A DNA stretch of 63,876 bases, the filler included, from Limisphaerales bacterium (lineage in GTDB: Bacteria; Verrucomicrobiota; Verrucomicrobiia; Limisphaerales; SIBE01), in assembly GCA_044225505.1 (NCBI GenBank). It is 9 parts of 9 records of this genome, joined end to end, with 100 filler letters (N's around TTAATTAATTAA, not from the genome) between each part and the next. Parts side by side here need not be neighbours in the genome. Positions count along the whole stretch, not along the records: positions 22,374 to 29,707 come from JBGAIN010000277.1; positions 29,808 to 36,947 come from JBGAIN010000278.1; 7 more parts are not named here. One strand, given 5' to 3'. This document shows positions 22,374 through 33,805 of the stretch, one piece after another. How positions within the stretch are numbered: position 1 is the first letter of the stretch; every line of letters starts with the position of its first letter. A program made the translations under genes and the position numbers. The notes under the pieces are model-generated. The model did no database searches. It saw only the letters and a list, made by a program, of their open reading frames with translations, and was not told the origin of the DNA.

Positions 22374-24133
22374 GTGCTTCCGGGAGAAACTCCTGTTACA
22401 TTAAAAGATTCCACGGCGAAGCTGTATTCTTGTCCGGCGGTCAGTGCTCGAATTTCTAAAGACGGACCCTGATCCGAAAACACCTGGTATGTTTGATAGA
22501 GTTTACGAGGTTCGATTCCCCAAAGCACGTTGTAACCGACCGCTCCTGGAACTTCCTCCCACGAAACGAACGCATTCCTCGGATCTACATCCCGCCGAGC
22601 CTTCAACTTAAGCGGCTGTGCGGGGCGGTCGCTCAAACCGGAGCCGAACACGCGCAAGTCGCTGATCGCCAGATGAGATGATGCCACGTAGATATGCTCG
22701 TATTTGATAAACCTCGCCCGAATTGACTCAGGCAGTTCAAAGTAGGCGTTGGGTCGATCTCGCTTTTCACCGCTGAGGTCGACAAAAGAAATCCAATTCG
22801 TTCCGTCCAGTGAATGCAGCAGTCGAAACTGAGTAAAGACATCAGGCCCACTTCGGTAGATGCCCGCCTTGTAGTCGGTGTAGTTCACTTGAACGGCGCG
22901 GACGTCACAGGGGTGCTCGAGATCAATGGTCAGCCATTCGCCCGCTCGATTTTGTGACGCTAGCCAAAACGTACGGGGGTTTTCGTCTGCAACATTTGCG
23001 GCTGTGTACGGACTGAGGACGGTGGAGGCCGTGCACTGCTTCCGATAGGAAAGGAGCATCCATCCTGTAAAAAGACTTTCCGATTCAGCTAGCTTCCGCG
23101 AGGGAAGATGATGCGGAAAATCGCCGAAACGAGTCGTTGCGTGGAGAAGACCTTCAGTGTCAAAGGCGGCCGGAAACATGGCGATTCGACGCTCAAAAGG
23201 AAAATTCACTGCAATCCAAGGAGTCCCCGTATTCCAATAATTGCCGTAGTTATCTTGAAAGGTGTTGCCATGACCGGCGCCAGTGACGAACCCGCCGGGC
23301 TTATAGGAGATCGGGGTGTTGGGGGCATACGTGAAGGGACCGAATGGGGTCTTTCCTACATACGCGCCATTCGCGTAGACGTTGTATTCCGTGCCTGGCG
23401 CTCCGTACTGCAAATAGTACATACCGCGATGTTTGGTCATCCACGCGCCTTCAATGAACGGTTTGATAGGATCGCGATGATCACGGCCGAACCGTTCCCA
23501 TCCGTGAATGTCAGGCCGCAAAGCGATGAGTTCTTTGGAGGTCCCCTGGTATGTCAGCTGCCGCGCGAAATCGAGCTCGATCCCGTAGAGGGGATAGAGA
23601 TTGGAAGATCCAAAGTACATGAACCAACGGTCGGTGTCTTCGTCGTGGAAAATCGCAGGATCCCACGGCCCTTGCGCTCCCGGCACGAACGGCAGCATGG
23701 GGTTGAACAATTTCAGAATGCCATTTTCCGGGGTCGTTGTGGAGTAAATCGGTCGTTGTTCGAATGTCGATTGAAACAGGTAGAGCGTGTCGCCCACAGA
23801 CAGAGCGGCGGGCGCGCACATATCTTCCTTCGGCCAGGTGTTCGGTTTGACGTAGTCCCAATGGAGCAGGTCTTTGGAATGCCACCAGCCGCCGGAAATG
23901 GTTACAAACAGGTAGTACTCGCCTTTGTGGTTGACGATTACGGGATCCGCTCCCGACCGAAAGGAGAGGTGATTGGTCTCTTGTTCAAAATTGTATTGGT
24001 AGTTAATGTCGATTGGATTGCAGTAGGTCGCCGCCTTGGACTGAGCCCCCAATAGCGTTGAGCCTACAGTCACCACGGCCAGCGGCAGCAATCTCCGCAC
24101 GCGCGCGCGCAGGTTTAAGAACGGGTGAAGCAT
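22374..24133 (-). CDS. Secreted GH43-family glycoside hydrolase with F5/8-type C and FN3 domains, 3'-truncated
   Basis: Signal peptide, YCNPIDINY, ADPVIV, WDPAIFHD, FIEGAWM and GAGHG; discoidin and FN3-like tail. Confidence 0.88.
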
Positions 24134-24305
24134 GCAACCAGCTTGTCCTTTCCGATACAAACCGTAAAACAAAATTGCTGCTTAGGCGTGGCAAGCCGAA
24201 AGTGTGCAGATTTGCACTCGTCTCCAAAATCCACCGGATTGAGGATGTGCCACGCAATGACTACTGACGCTTTGCTGGATTGGCGCGAACGGATCCAAAT
24301 TGAAT

Positions 24306-26786
24306 TCAAGGCGAACTTCGTATCAACCAGACCTCAGAGACTTGGCAACCCCGGCCATTACCTCCGAGACCTGGTTCTCCGGTCCAACTCAGCGTCAGAG
24401 TGCCGGACTCTGTGGCGCTGTGGGGCAGTTTGAACTCCAGCGGCCGAAAGGGCATCGGCTTAGAGAGCAACGGATGAATCTGGATCACATCGTTGGCCGT
24501 AAGGCTAATTTGTCGTTTTGGGTTGTCGCCAGCGTAGGTCACGCGAACCAGATAGGTAGCGTCTTTCTCCAACCCAGTGTAGCGCAAGCGCAAGGGAGCA
24601 TCGTAAAGAGTCTCGGCGTGGTCCAGCCAGGAGACCCGACGATTTCCTTGCGGCGGAGGGTCATCATCGTCAAGCACGAGGTCCTCTTCAAAGCCCGACC
24701 TAGGTGACCGGAAACAGCCCGGATCCTGGTCCAAGCCTGGGCCCCGGACGAGATGCGCTTGGCGTGCGGAATTTCCAAGATCATCATAGAACCCGCCCGG
24801 GCCTGGGTTTTCCCAGGCGATGACTTGCTGCAGAGCCGATAGCCTTTGAGGTTCAAAGGAAACGGATCGAATTCGGCGGAATTGCTCTTTCAGCCATAGG
24901 CGGTTGTTCAGAGGAAAGTCCAATGTATCCAATGCGGCGCCTCGATCGACCGCGATTGCTCCGTATTTATGGACGCTCAGCTGCATTCCGATACTCTGAA
25001 AAAGAGCGGCTCCCAACTCCAGGATCCGATCTCGAATGTCGGGCGCAACACTCGTTTTTAACGCTCGATCGAGGATTTGCTCAGCCTCGTCCATGGCGGT
25101 CAGCGAGCCGGTGACGTCGGCTCGCCGTAACCGATCAAGGGCTTCGTTTTCTAACAAGGTTTCCGCTAGCAGCCGCCGTCGAACATAGACATCGTAATAG
25201 GACCGGAAAAGTCCTTGCTGGAACCGCCAATTCTTTAACCGTTCAGGTGTTGCAGACCTTTCAAGATCTCGGAACTGCTGCCAAGTCACCTCGACGTCGT
25301 TGTTAGCGAGCAGGGGACCTCTCCAGTTTCGTTCCAAGCCTAGCAAACCTTGCGCAAAGCCCTCCGCGCCTGAATGGCTGATGTAGCAACGGCTGTATTG
25401 CCTTAGGATATCAATCACAGCCACGTCTGGATCCCACCCCAGAGCACTCCAGACCGCCTTGTTGACGTCATCATTACAGCCTTCCGAATACGTAATAAAG
25501 CCGATGGTATCATGCTGCGTGGCTCGGAAGAGGATTGCTTCGTCCATTGGTCGCGGATTGATGCACTCTCGCGCCTCCGTCACCGCAAAGGCGACGTCCC
25601 AGTCCGGGACGGGGTACTGACATTGCCGAGTATGCGTGATGTCGGGGTAGTGTCGGATTGGAAACTGCCGCGGAACCAAGGCGCGCAGATCCGGCAGGCT
25701 TAGTCGAACTTGCGGGCCGTAAACGAGCCCAGTCAGCCATTGGGGCGGCTCTTTTTGCAGTAAGGAGAGAAACTCATCCATCCACGCACGGTTGAAGCTT
25801 TGCGGGGAAACCCACATTTCTGCGCGGGGATGATACTGATGAAGGCTTGCGATCTGGCGTTTGAGCAGTTCCAGGAGTTGGTGGGGCGGGGTGTGTCCCG
25901 GATCACCACCAGGAACAAAGACGGCGTTGAGCTTAGGCAGCTTCTCAAGGACGAGACCCCATTCTTGAAGGGCGAACTGAAGGGTTGCCTCGTCCCCATA
26001 GTCCTTGTCCATGGCGGGATACCAAACCCAGACGTCGAGGCCGTATTTCGCCGCCAAGCCTGACATCGCGATCATCATATCCAGTGGACGACGGGGAAAG
26101 TGCGCGCTATCAGAGGCATCGTCCGATCGAGGGGGAATGAGTTCGATCGCATTACATCCGAAAATGATTAAGTCGCGAATGTACTGCTCCCACTGCTCAA
26201 CATCCCAGGCATCATACGAGTTCGTCTTGGGCCGGTAGCCAAGCTGGTGCCCGCGAAGTGCTGTCCTTGGCGCTGTCGAAATTGCAAAGTCGTCCCGCAG
26301 TTGCGCCACACCTCGCTCCAGGATCAACTCTCTCAGGAGGCGGCCGACTCCGAAAAGGCTCCCGCGAGGGTCATTGCCAGCAATGAAGACGAGTGGAAAC
26401 GGCGTAGTTTGAACCCCGATCTGGAAACCGTCGCTGGCTTGCGAAATGGCGTTCTTAGCCAGTGGAACTCGGCTCGCAAGTCCGTCTCCGGCATGGCGGA
26501 GTGTCTCAACGGACCCCAAGACCACCACAGCGCTTGCCGAACTCGGGAGGGCGTTGGTCCGTTCCCAGCGCACATGCGCGCGTTTCTCGACTTCTTCGAC
26601 GAGCATGACGGCTGCCTGCATTTCGATAGGAGTGGCTGAAGACGGCAATACGACCACAGCCTTGGTGAGATCAACCATTCCTGCGCGGCCGTGGTCCTGC
26701 CCGAGGACCAGCCCAAGACTCATCAGGCAGACGTAACGTAATGGCTGACCAAGGAATCGGGTTGAGAAAGTGATGCTAGAGTTCAT
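24306..26786 (-). CDS. Secreted glycoside-hydrolase-like protein (GH20/GH67-type N-terminal domain plus TIM barrel)
   Basis: Signal-like N-terminus, IAGNDPRGSLFGVGRLLR, RGHQLGYRPKTNSYDAW and VFVPGGDPG. Confidence 0.65.
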   Translation of the reverse strand: MNSSITFSTRFLGQPLRYVCLMSLGLVLGQDHGRAGMVDLTKAVVVLPSSATPIEMQAAVMLVEEVEKRAHVRWERTNALPSSASAVVVLGSVETLRHAGDGLASRVPLAKNAISQASDGFQIGVQTTPFPLVFIAGNDPRGSLFGVGRLLRELILERGVAQLRDDFAISTAPRTALRGHQLGYRPKTNSYDAWDVEQWEQYIRDLIIFGCNAIELIPPRSDDASDSAHFPRRPLDMMIAMSGLAAKYGLDVWVWYPAMDKDYGDEATLQFALQEWGLVLEKLPKLNAVFVPGGDPGHTPPHQLLELLKRQIASLHQYHPRAEMWVSPQSFNRAWMDEFLSLLQKEPPQWLTGLVYGPQVRLSLPDLRALVPRQFPIRHYPDITHTRQCQYPVPDWDVAFAVTEARECINPRPMDEAILFRATQHDTIGFITYSEGCNDDVNKAVWSALGWDPDVAVIDILRQYSRCYISHSGAEGFAQGLLGLERNWRGPLLANNDVEVTWQQFRDLERSATPERLKNWRFQQGLFRSYYDVYVRRRLLAETLLENEALDRLRRADVTGSLTAMDEAEQILDRALKTSVAPDIRDRILELGAALFQSIGMQLSVHKYGAIAVDRGAALDTLDFPLNNRLWLKEQFRRIRSVSFEPQRLSALQQVIAWENPGPGGFYDDLGNSARQAHLVRGPGLDQDPGCFRSPRSGFEEDLVLDDDDPPPQGNRRVSWLDHAETLYDAPLRLRYTGLEKDATYLVRVTYAGDNPKRQISLTANDVIQIHPLLSKPMPFRPLEFKLPHSATESGTLTLSWTGEPGLGGNGRGCQVSEVWLIRSSP

Positions 26787-26885
26787 TCCATCCGGTGGTG
26801 CACTCGCTAAGCTTACAAAGCCTGAGTCCGCTTGGCACGACAATCCCACCGCCAATCTGCCGGGCGGTATCGACCGCCGGCAAGT

Positions 26886-29359
26886 TCAACCGTTCCAAAA
26901 GTGCTGGAGATAAAGAGCGATCTGCTCATTGTCACGGGCCGGTACCACCTGCCAGTGGCCGGGAAAGAGACTTAGGTAACGCGCCTCCGCAAAGCGACGA
27001 TCGATCAATAGAATCGCACCACGGTCGGTCTCGGTTCGAATGACTCTGCCGATTGCTTGCAGAACGCGATTCATTCCTGGAAACAGGTAAGCATAGTCGA
27101 ATCCCGCCCCAAGTTTTTCCTCGAAATGCTCGCGCATTAAGTCTCGTTCGAAGCTTAGCTGCGGTAGTCCAACTCCCACGACAACGGCACCGATCAGCCG
27201 GTCGCCCACCAAGTCGATTCCTTCGCCGAAGATGCCTCCCATCACTACGAAACCGATTTGAGTCTCTGCTGGATTCACTTGGAATAGGTCGAGAAAGGCA
27301 TCGCGGTCGCCATCGTTCATTCCCGGTTGCTGGACGCGGACTTGTAGCTCTGGGGCCAACGCCGAGAAACGCTCCTGCAGCGTCTCGAGGTACTGGTACG
27401 AAGGTAGAAATACCAGATAATTACCGCGTTTCGCCTGAACAAACGAGCGAATGTGACTGGCAACCTGATCCATCGTCATGGCGCGGCTCTGGTAGTCCGT
27501 CCGCACGCGGTCTTGCATCAACACAGCGAGATTTTGAGCAGGGAACGGGGACATGAAGCGCACCGTGGGATCTTTAACTCTGCCTCCCAGGAGATCTCGG
27601 TAGTAGGTGAGCGGCGTGAGGGTCGCGGAAAAGAGCACTGCACCTTTGACTCGATCAAATGCTCCTGCAAGTAAAGCGGCGGGGTCCATGCAAAAGAGTT
27701 TCAAGCTGCCGCCGTTTCCGAGGGAATAGATCGTCCGATACGCCCGGTCGTAACGCTCCGCGGTCAGTAGTATCGCGTGCAGGCTAAAGTAAACGTCGAG
27801 TAATGCGGGGCGGAACTCTGCGGGTTCGTTCTGAACCAACCATGCTTCCGCTTGATCGAGCGCTTTCTCGATCAGCGGGATCAGTTCCTCAGGCAGATCC
27901 AGGAAGACATGCGTTTCCGCTTCGGATGCGCGACGATGCACCTGACTTGGCGTGGCGGCCAATTCTTTCGCTCCGGGGAGGGCAGAGAGAGGCCCAGTTC
28001 GAGCGGAGGCGTTTCGAGAATACTGTTCTCCTTCTCATTAGCAGTTTCGTCGTGGGAACGACTTTCGCGACCGAGCTTTCGAATGGCCGAGAGCACTTTT
28101 TGCAGGGCTCGGCTGCACCGCGGAACGGCCGTAGCAGTCTCCCGGCGGACCGACCGGAGGTCGCTCAAAGAAATCTCCGCGGAGAACATGTCTCGGCCTC
28201 GATCCACCAGGTTATGGGCTTCGTCGATCAGGAGCATCGCATTGGAATGATTCTCATCAAAATGGCGGCGCAGGTAGACCCTGGGATCTAATGCGTAATT
28301 ATAATCGCCGATCACCGCGTCCACCCACATCGATGCATCCAGCGATAGCTCAAACGGACAAACGTGATGCTCGCGTCCAATCTCCTCGAGAAGGGGCCGG
28401 GTGATGGCATCGTGACTGAGCAGTGCGCGTAGCGCCGGTTTGCGCCGGTCGAAATAGCCGCGTGCGAGCGGGCAGAGGAGCATATCGCACGGTTGACCTT
28501 GGAACTGGCAGATCTTTTCCTTCGCTGTCAGAGTCAATGTCTTTGCTTTCAATCCCGCTTTCTTGAGATCCGCAAAACCTTTCTCTGCCGATCGATTGCC
28601 AGTGGTGCGGGCTGTGAGATAGAACAATCGGTCCGTGTGCCCTTCGCCCATGGCTTTAAGTGCGGCAAATAGGATAGCGACAGTTTTTCCCAGCCCGGTA
28701 GGCGCCTCGGCAAACAGGCGATCACCCTGCCGGACAGCCCGGTAAGCCGTTACCGCCAACGACCGTTGTCCCGAGCGGTAATCCAAGAAAGGGAAAGGCA
28801 ATGAAGAAATGCTGGCATCGCGCTCGCCGCGCCAACGCCAACGTTCTCGCAGCCAATCCGCGTAAATGCGCGCGGTGTTATAAAAGAAGGCGGCTAGCTC
28901 TTGAGTGCTTGCCGTCTCGACAAACGTATATTGCTCCTCGCTCAGAAGGTTCAGGTAAACCAGTTGCAGCGAGATCTTTGGCAGTGGATGGTCTTGGCTG
29001 TAGATAAACGCGTAGACTCTTAGCTGCGCCCAATGCAACGGATCGGGCTCTCCTTTCCAATGCCCCTGAACAGTCTTGATCTCCTCCAAAAGCCCTTCGG
29101 ACCCGTCTTGCTGAACGCCATCAATGCGACCTTGGACCCGCAGCGTGAACACTTCGTCAACCAAGTCAAAGACGACTCGGACCTCTTTCTGATACCCTGG
29201 CGGCCTGCTCTGCTGCACCTTCTGATGGCCGCGCGTCCCAGCGAGCGCTCGATTTCGGCCGACGAATTTCTGCTCTCCACCCAGGTCGCCAGTTCGGCAA
29301 ACGAACTCGACGAGCTCCCGAACAGAAACGATAACAATTGGCCTTGTCTCCGACTGCAC
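26886..29359 (-). pseudogene. DinG/Rad3-family ATP-dependent helicase with N-terminal PD-(D/E)XK (Cas4-like) domain, split by one frameshift near 27960
   Basis: QGRIDG...EEIKT, APTGLGKT, Fe-S cysteines and LIDEAHNL are in ORF 27881-29491. FSATLTP, FLPSY, FGEGIDL and QAIGRVIR are in ORF 26886-27962. Confidence 0.85.
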
Positions 29360-29402
29360 TAAACCAGCTTCGTTGTTCTCGCGGAGAGCAGCAACTGATT
29401 TG

Positions 29403-29707
29403 TCATGCGGATGCCAGAGGGCGCGGCGGACGAACAATGAGCGGGAGGAGGACGCTGGCCGCCATGACGAGCGCCATCGTGGATAATGCAAACTGGTAGT
29501 TGTTTGTCCGGTCTTTCGCTTGCGCGATGAGGATTGGCCCTAACACTCCTCCTGCGGACCAGGCGCTGAGCATTAGACCATAAACTTTCCCAGCATGTTT
29601 GCTCCCGAAGTAGTCCGCCGCAAAGGCCGGCATCGTGCCGAACCCGCCCCCGTAGCACAGCGCAACGATCATAAAAAGGATGCTCAAGGAGGGAAATCCA
29701 TGGACTG
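29403..29707 (-). CDS. MFS transporter (OFA-like) C-terminus, 5'-truncated
   Basis: LCYGGGFGTMPAFAADYFGSKHAGKVYGLMLSAWSAGGVLGP. Confidence 0.85.
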
Positions 29708-29807
29708 NNNNNNNNNNNNNNNNNNNNNNNNNNNNNNNNNNNNNNNNNNNNTTAATTAATTAANNNNNNNNNNNNNNNNNNNNNNNNNNNNNNNNNNNNN
29801 NNNNNNN

Positions 29808-32288
29808 AAGGACGCGTTTGGCGAGTTGCTCTCCAAGTTGATTCCTGTGACTCAAGCAGTGTTCAACAACGACGTGGTGATTGCGGTGCTGCCCGAATCC
29901 GCGACCGAGACGTACTTTACCTACGGAGCCACACCGCCGAGCAGCCTGGAGGACAACATACCGTCTCCCAATCGACTCATCGGAAACAGTCCGCCGATCT
30001 ACCGTGATGGCGTGCACCCAGACGAAGTGCCTCCATCTATTTTTCCGGCCCAACCCGACGTCACCGTCAAAGTTATCGGCACTCAAGATGGTCGTCGCCC
30101 GAGTTCCGTGGTTCAAGCCAGATTCCAATTCAAGACCGCGAATCCGTCGATCTTGGGGGACAACGCCGCGTCTTTTGTTATCACGAACGTCACGGCTAAC
30201 GCGGAAATGTGGTACACCGTGGATGGATCAGACCCGAGCGTCAACGGCCCCACCAGCAAACAAATCTCCATCGGCGTGAATTCATTGAAGCGCAGTGCCT
30301 CACCGATCTTGTTCAAGGTCCGCGCGTTTCGCACCGACTACAAATCCAGCGAAATCGTGAGCAAGACGTTCTTGCCCGAAGATTTTCAGGCCAACCGGAT
30401 CAGCTTCGGATTTGAGAGTGGTGAAGCATCGAGTGACTTCACGGCGTCGCCCGGGCAAACGTTCTACGCACCGGTGACGCTGTCGCTGCTGCCGTCGCAA
30501 GCCATGTATACGTTGCAGTTCAATATGACGGTCACCAACTTGAATTCCAGTCCGCCGGTGACGCCGGGAGCGGTCGGGTTCGAGTCCATGCTCGAAGAGC
30601 ACTTGGACAACGAGATCTATCGAACAATCCCGCCCTCTTTCTTCCTCAACGGGAAATCCGTCCCGCCCGAACTTCGATCCGATCCGCGGTTTGCGGACCT
30701 GGTCACCACCAATTCCGCGGTGAATCTACTTGCGGTGGGGTGGCTCGAACGCCGCGGCCAGACAAACCTCTACGATACCACGAAGCAGGATCTCATTACT
30801 TACTCTATCGCTCACGACACGGTTTTCTTAAGCGCGGGCCAGAAGGTCGTCGTCGGTGGATATAACTTCAAAGTGCCGGACACGGCGGTGGCCGGAAATA
30901 CTTATCAGATTCAGGTCGCTCGCCCATCGGCCACAGCGGATGGAATTAGCCAAGACAATTACATCGAGGCACCCCTGGATGGAACGCTGACCGCTACTCC
31001 GACCAACCTGGTCAATAGCATCAAGATCGTGACCGTTGCGCAGCGTCGTTATATCGTGGGGGATGTCGCGCCGTTTCGCTGGTTCAACGCAGGCGACTTT
31101 GGTGAAGGTCTGCTCCTGAACAACGATGTTGTCCAGGTCTTCCAATCTGCGGTCATGCTTTTTAACCGGCCTCCCGATGACAGCGATTTCTTCGACGCGA
31201 TGGACTCATCCGACGGCTCGACCAATGGCGTCTTCTTTGGATCTGATCTGGCCATCAACGACATTCGTCTCGGGGATGGCGTTCTCAATGTCGACGACAT
31301 TTACGTCACATTCCGCCGCGCGTTGGATCCGACCTTGACGTGGTATGCGCGATACTGGGAAGGCGGAACTCGACAAGCCACTCCGGTCCCGAACGTGTTC
31401 CGCGCGTCCCCTAGCCAGGCTGGGGAACGGCTCACGTTGCGTTCATCGGATCTGCCCGCCGAATCCTTTATCGCCGGACCTCCCTCCGCTATCTTCCAGA
31501 TTGACGATGTCCTCGTGCAACCTGGCCAAGTGGTTCAAGTGCCTGTTCGCGCCCGGATTACCGGCAGTTACCCATTGCGCGTTTTGATGCTGAACGTGGA
31601 GGCCGAAGCACTCGACGGATCTCCTGCAATCGACGGCGGTCTGGAGTTCGTCCCGGTTCCCGCTTTGGGCAATCCTACGCTAACCGCCTCGCTTTCGGCG
31701 CACAGTTTTGCTGGCGCCTGGTTGGACAGCAAGGTCGTGGGCGTTGCTGGAAACGCCATTGTCGGATATTTCCAGGTGAAGATTCCATCGACCGCGACGC
31801 CGAGTTCCGCGTATCGCCTCCACTTCGGACACGCCTCCGGTTCGCCCAACGGGCTCGGACTCTTTCCGAAAGCCGTGCAAGATGGATTGCTGACGTTGCA
31901 GGATCGCTCCGCGTCGAGCTTGTCCGACGGAATCCCAGACTCCTGGCGCCTGCGCAGTTTCGGTGCCGTGACCAGCCCAATCGCCGCCGCGAGCACGGAC
32001 GCCGATGGGGATGGGGTCTCTAACTTGGCCGAGTTTAAGGCGGGCACGGACCCAATGAGCGTGAACTCGCACTTCCATCTGGCGGCGAATCGCAGTTCCA
32101 GTCCGTTCACGCTGCGCTGGCCAAGCTCTCTGAACAGATCCTATGCGGTGGAGTCCGCTTCCTCCCTGTCGGGTGGCAAATGGACGACCGTGGGGCCGGT
32201 AATCCCTGGAACTGGGCAGGAAATTCAGTTCACTCCAGACGCCGCCGGAAGTTCGACCTTGTTCTTCCGCGTCCGGCTTACCGATTGA
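29808..32288 (+). CDS. Large secreted beta-rich protein (Fn3-associated/CHB_HEX_C-like, cohesin- and dockerin-like segments, DADGDG repeat), 5'-truncated
   Basis: MWYTVDGSDP, GDVAP...GDFG, GDGVLNVDDIY, DADGDGVSNLAEFKAGTDP and a C-terminal FFRV. Confidence 0.7.
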   Translation, partial: KDAFGELLSKLIPVTQAVFNNDVVIAVLPESATETYFTYGATPPSSLEDNIPSPNRLIGNSPPIYRDGVHPDEVPPSIFPAQPDVTVKVIGTQDGRRPSSVVQARFQFKTANPSILGDNAASFVITNVTANAEMWYTVDGSDPSVNGPTSKQISIGVNSLKRSASPILFKVRAFRTDYKSSEIVSKTFLPEDFQANRISFGFESGEASSDFTASPGQTFYAPVTLSLLPSQAMYTLQFNMTVTNLNSSPPVTPGAVGFESMLEEHLDNEIYRTIPPSFFLNGKSVPPELRSDPRFADLVTTNSAVNLLAVGWLERRGQTNLYDTTKQDLITYSIAHDTVFLSAGQKVVVGGYNFKVPDTAVAGNTYQIQVARPSATADGISQDNYIEAPLDGTLTATPTNLVNSIKIVTVAQRRYIVGDVAPFRWFNAGDFGEGLLLNNDVVQVFQSAVMLFNRPPDDSDFFDAMDSSDGSTNGVFFGSDLAINDIRLGDGVLNVDDIYVTFRRALDPTLTWYARYWEGGTRQATPVPNVFRASPSQAGERLTLRSSDLPAESFIAGPPSAIFQIDDVLVQPGQVVQVPVRARITGSYPLRVLMLNVEAEALDGSPAIDGGLEFVPVPALGNPTLTASLSAHSFAGAWLDSKVVGVAGNAIVGYFQVKIPSTATPSSAYRLHFGHASGSPNGLGLFPKAVQDGLLTLQDRSASSLSDGIPDSWRLRSFGAVTSPIAAASTDADGDGVSNLAEFKAGTDPMSVNSHFHLAANRSSSPFTLRWPSSLNRSYAVESASSLSGGKWTTVGPVIPGTGQEIQFTPDAAGSSTLFFRVRLTD

Positions 32289-32424
32289 CGCGAACCATCT
32301 CAGCCCTCGGAAAGACCATAAGGATCAACCCCTCGCGAGCGTCCCAGGCGCCGGGAGGGTTCATCATTTTCGTCGATTCCATTTCGCCCTCGGCTTCCTC
32401 GTTAACGGGACTTCCACAAGTTCT

Positions 32425-33619
32425 CAGGTAGTCAACATGCATACGTCCTCGAACCTGTTCCAGGGCTGCGGTCCCCAGGCTTTCGAGCAGATATCCAGGT
32501 CGCCATCCCCATCCACATCGCCCACCTGCAATTCGTGTCCTCCATGCGCATGTCCAGGATCACATGTTCCTCAAATCGGCCGCCCTCCCGGTTTAGCCAA
32601 ACGATCCAACGCGGGTTCTCACGCCCGACCGGAAGGAGTTCTTCTTGTTCGTTGCTCACCACGTCGAGACGACCATCCCCGTTCATATCAGCCACGGCGA
32701 GGGAATGCAGCGAGCCGTACGCGAAGCTCTGCGGAAGTTCAGTTTTTGTCCATCGGCCTCCTTTGGAATCTTCATTGCGCAAGATCGCCACCTTGGAGTT
32801 CTCGATGTCTGCGTCGGCCATGACCAGCTCAGCTCGGCCATCACCGTCCATGTCCGCAATAGCGGTCCGCACGCAGATACCGTAAGGGCCTTTTCGGCCC
32901 ATCGGGATATTCGGATGCGCAACTCACGCTTCACCTTTTCCATCCCGATTTTCATACCAGGTGTCGGCCCGGACAATGTCGAGGTCTCCATCTCCATCCA
33001 GATCTCCACTCCAGATGGCGTAACGTTATACTGTGGACCGACGGGATGGCGCTTCCAAGGCTGCGTTGGATCGGCGGGAATCTCGTACCAACACAGTGCA
33101 TTCAGTTTCGTCCGTTGATCGCCCATCAGCACGAGGTCCGGACGACCATCACCATTCATATCCGCAGCAAGGATGTCGTGGGCACCGGCTGCTTCAAGAT
33201 CGAACGGGATGCGTTCAAACGGCTCTTGGCGAGGGTTCCCCGGGTTGCGAAACCATACGCCGCTGCAGACTAAGTCGATCGAGCCGTCTCGATCGACGTC
33301 CAACGCGGTCAGTCCCACGTCGGACAGGTAATTCGTTCCGGACCGTGTGTCGTTTCCAGGACTGGTCCGGTTGATGTTCGTACCAATAAAGGCGGGCAGG
33401 GGAGACGGAGCGTCCGCCCAAGACGAAATCGAGGTCGCCGTCGCGGTCCAAGTCAGCGAGCGCCGTCAAGCCGTAATCGCCGTATCCCTGTCCATTGACC
33501 GGAAGCGTCAGGTCGACTGCATGGTGCTGGAATTTCATCTCGCCGGACAATGCTTGGGGCAGCATCAAGGTTAACGCGGTGGCGGCAAGAACAGCGGACT
33601 GGCAGAGATAGTAGGTCAC
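32425..33619 (-). pseudogene. FG-GAP/VCBS repeat protein broken by several frameshifts
   Basis: The repeats ADLDRDGDLD, DVDRDGSID, ADMNGDGRPD and ADMDGDGRAE are spread across three or more reading frames. Confidence 0.8.
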
Positions 33620-33805
33620 CCGGATAGAATGTGCCCCTCATCAGGTAAATCGATGAAAAACACAGCACGACCCGCTGGAAAGCCGAATTGCAGGCGGCGC
33701 AGCCCAATGCTGGATTGACCTTCGGCAAAATCGGACGAGGATCCGACAAGATCGGGAGAGCTCTGGCCCAAGTCCTGATCTTAACTGCCATGAATAGGAG
33801 ATTCT

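Noticed and set aside
26886..29359. Cas4-like/DinG gene as part of a type IV CRISPR system, or a programmed frameshift
   Set aside because: It is on a different contig with no cas neighbours. This nuclease-helicase fusion is a common stand-alone gene and no clear slippery site is evident.
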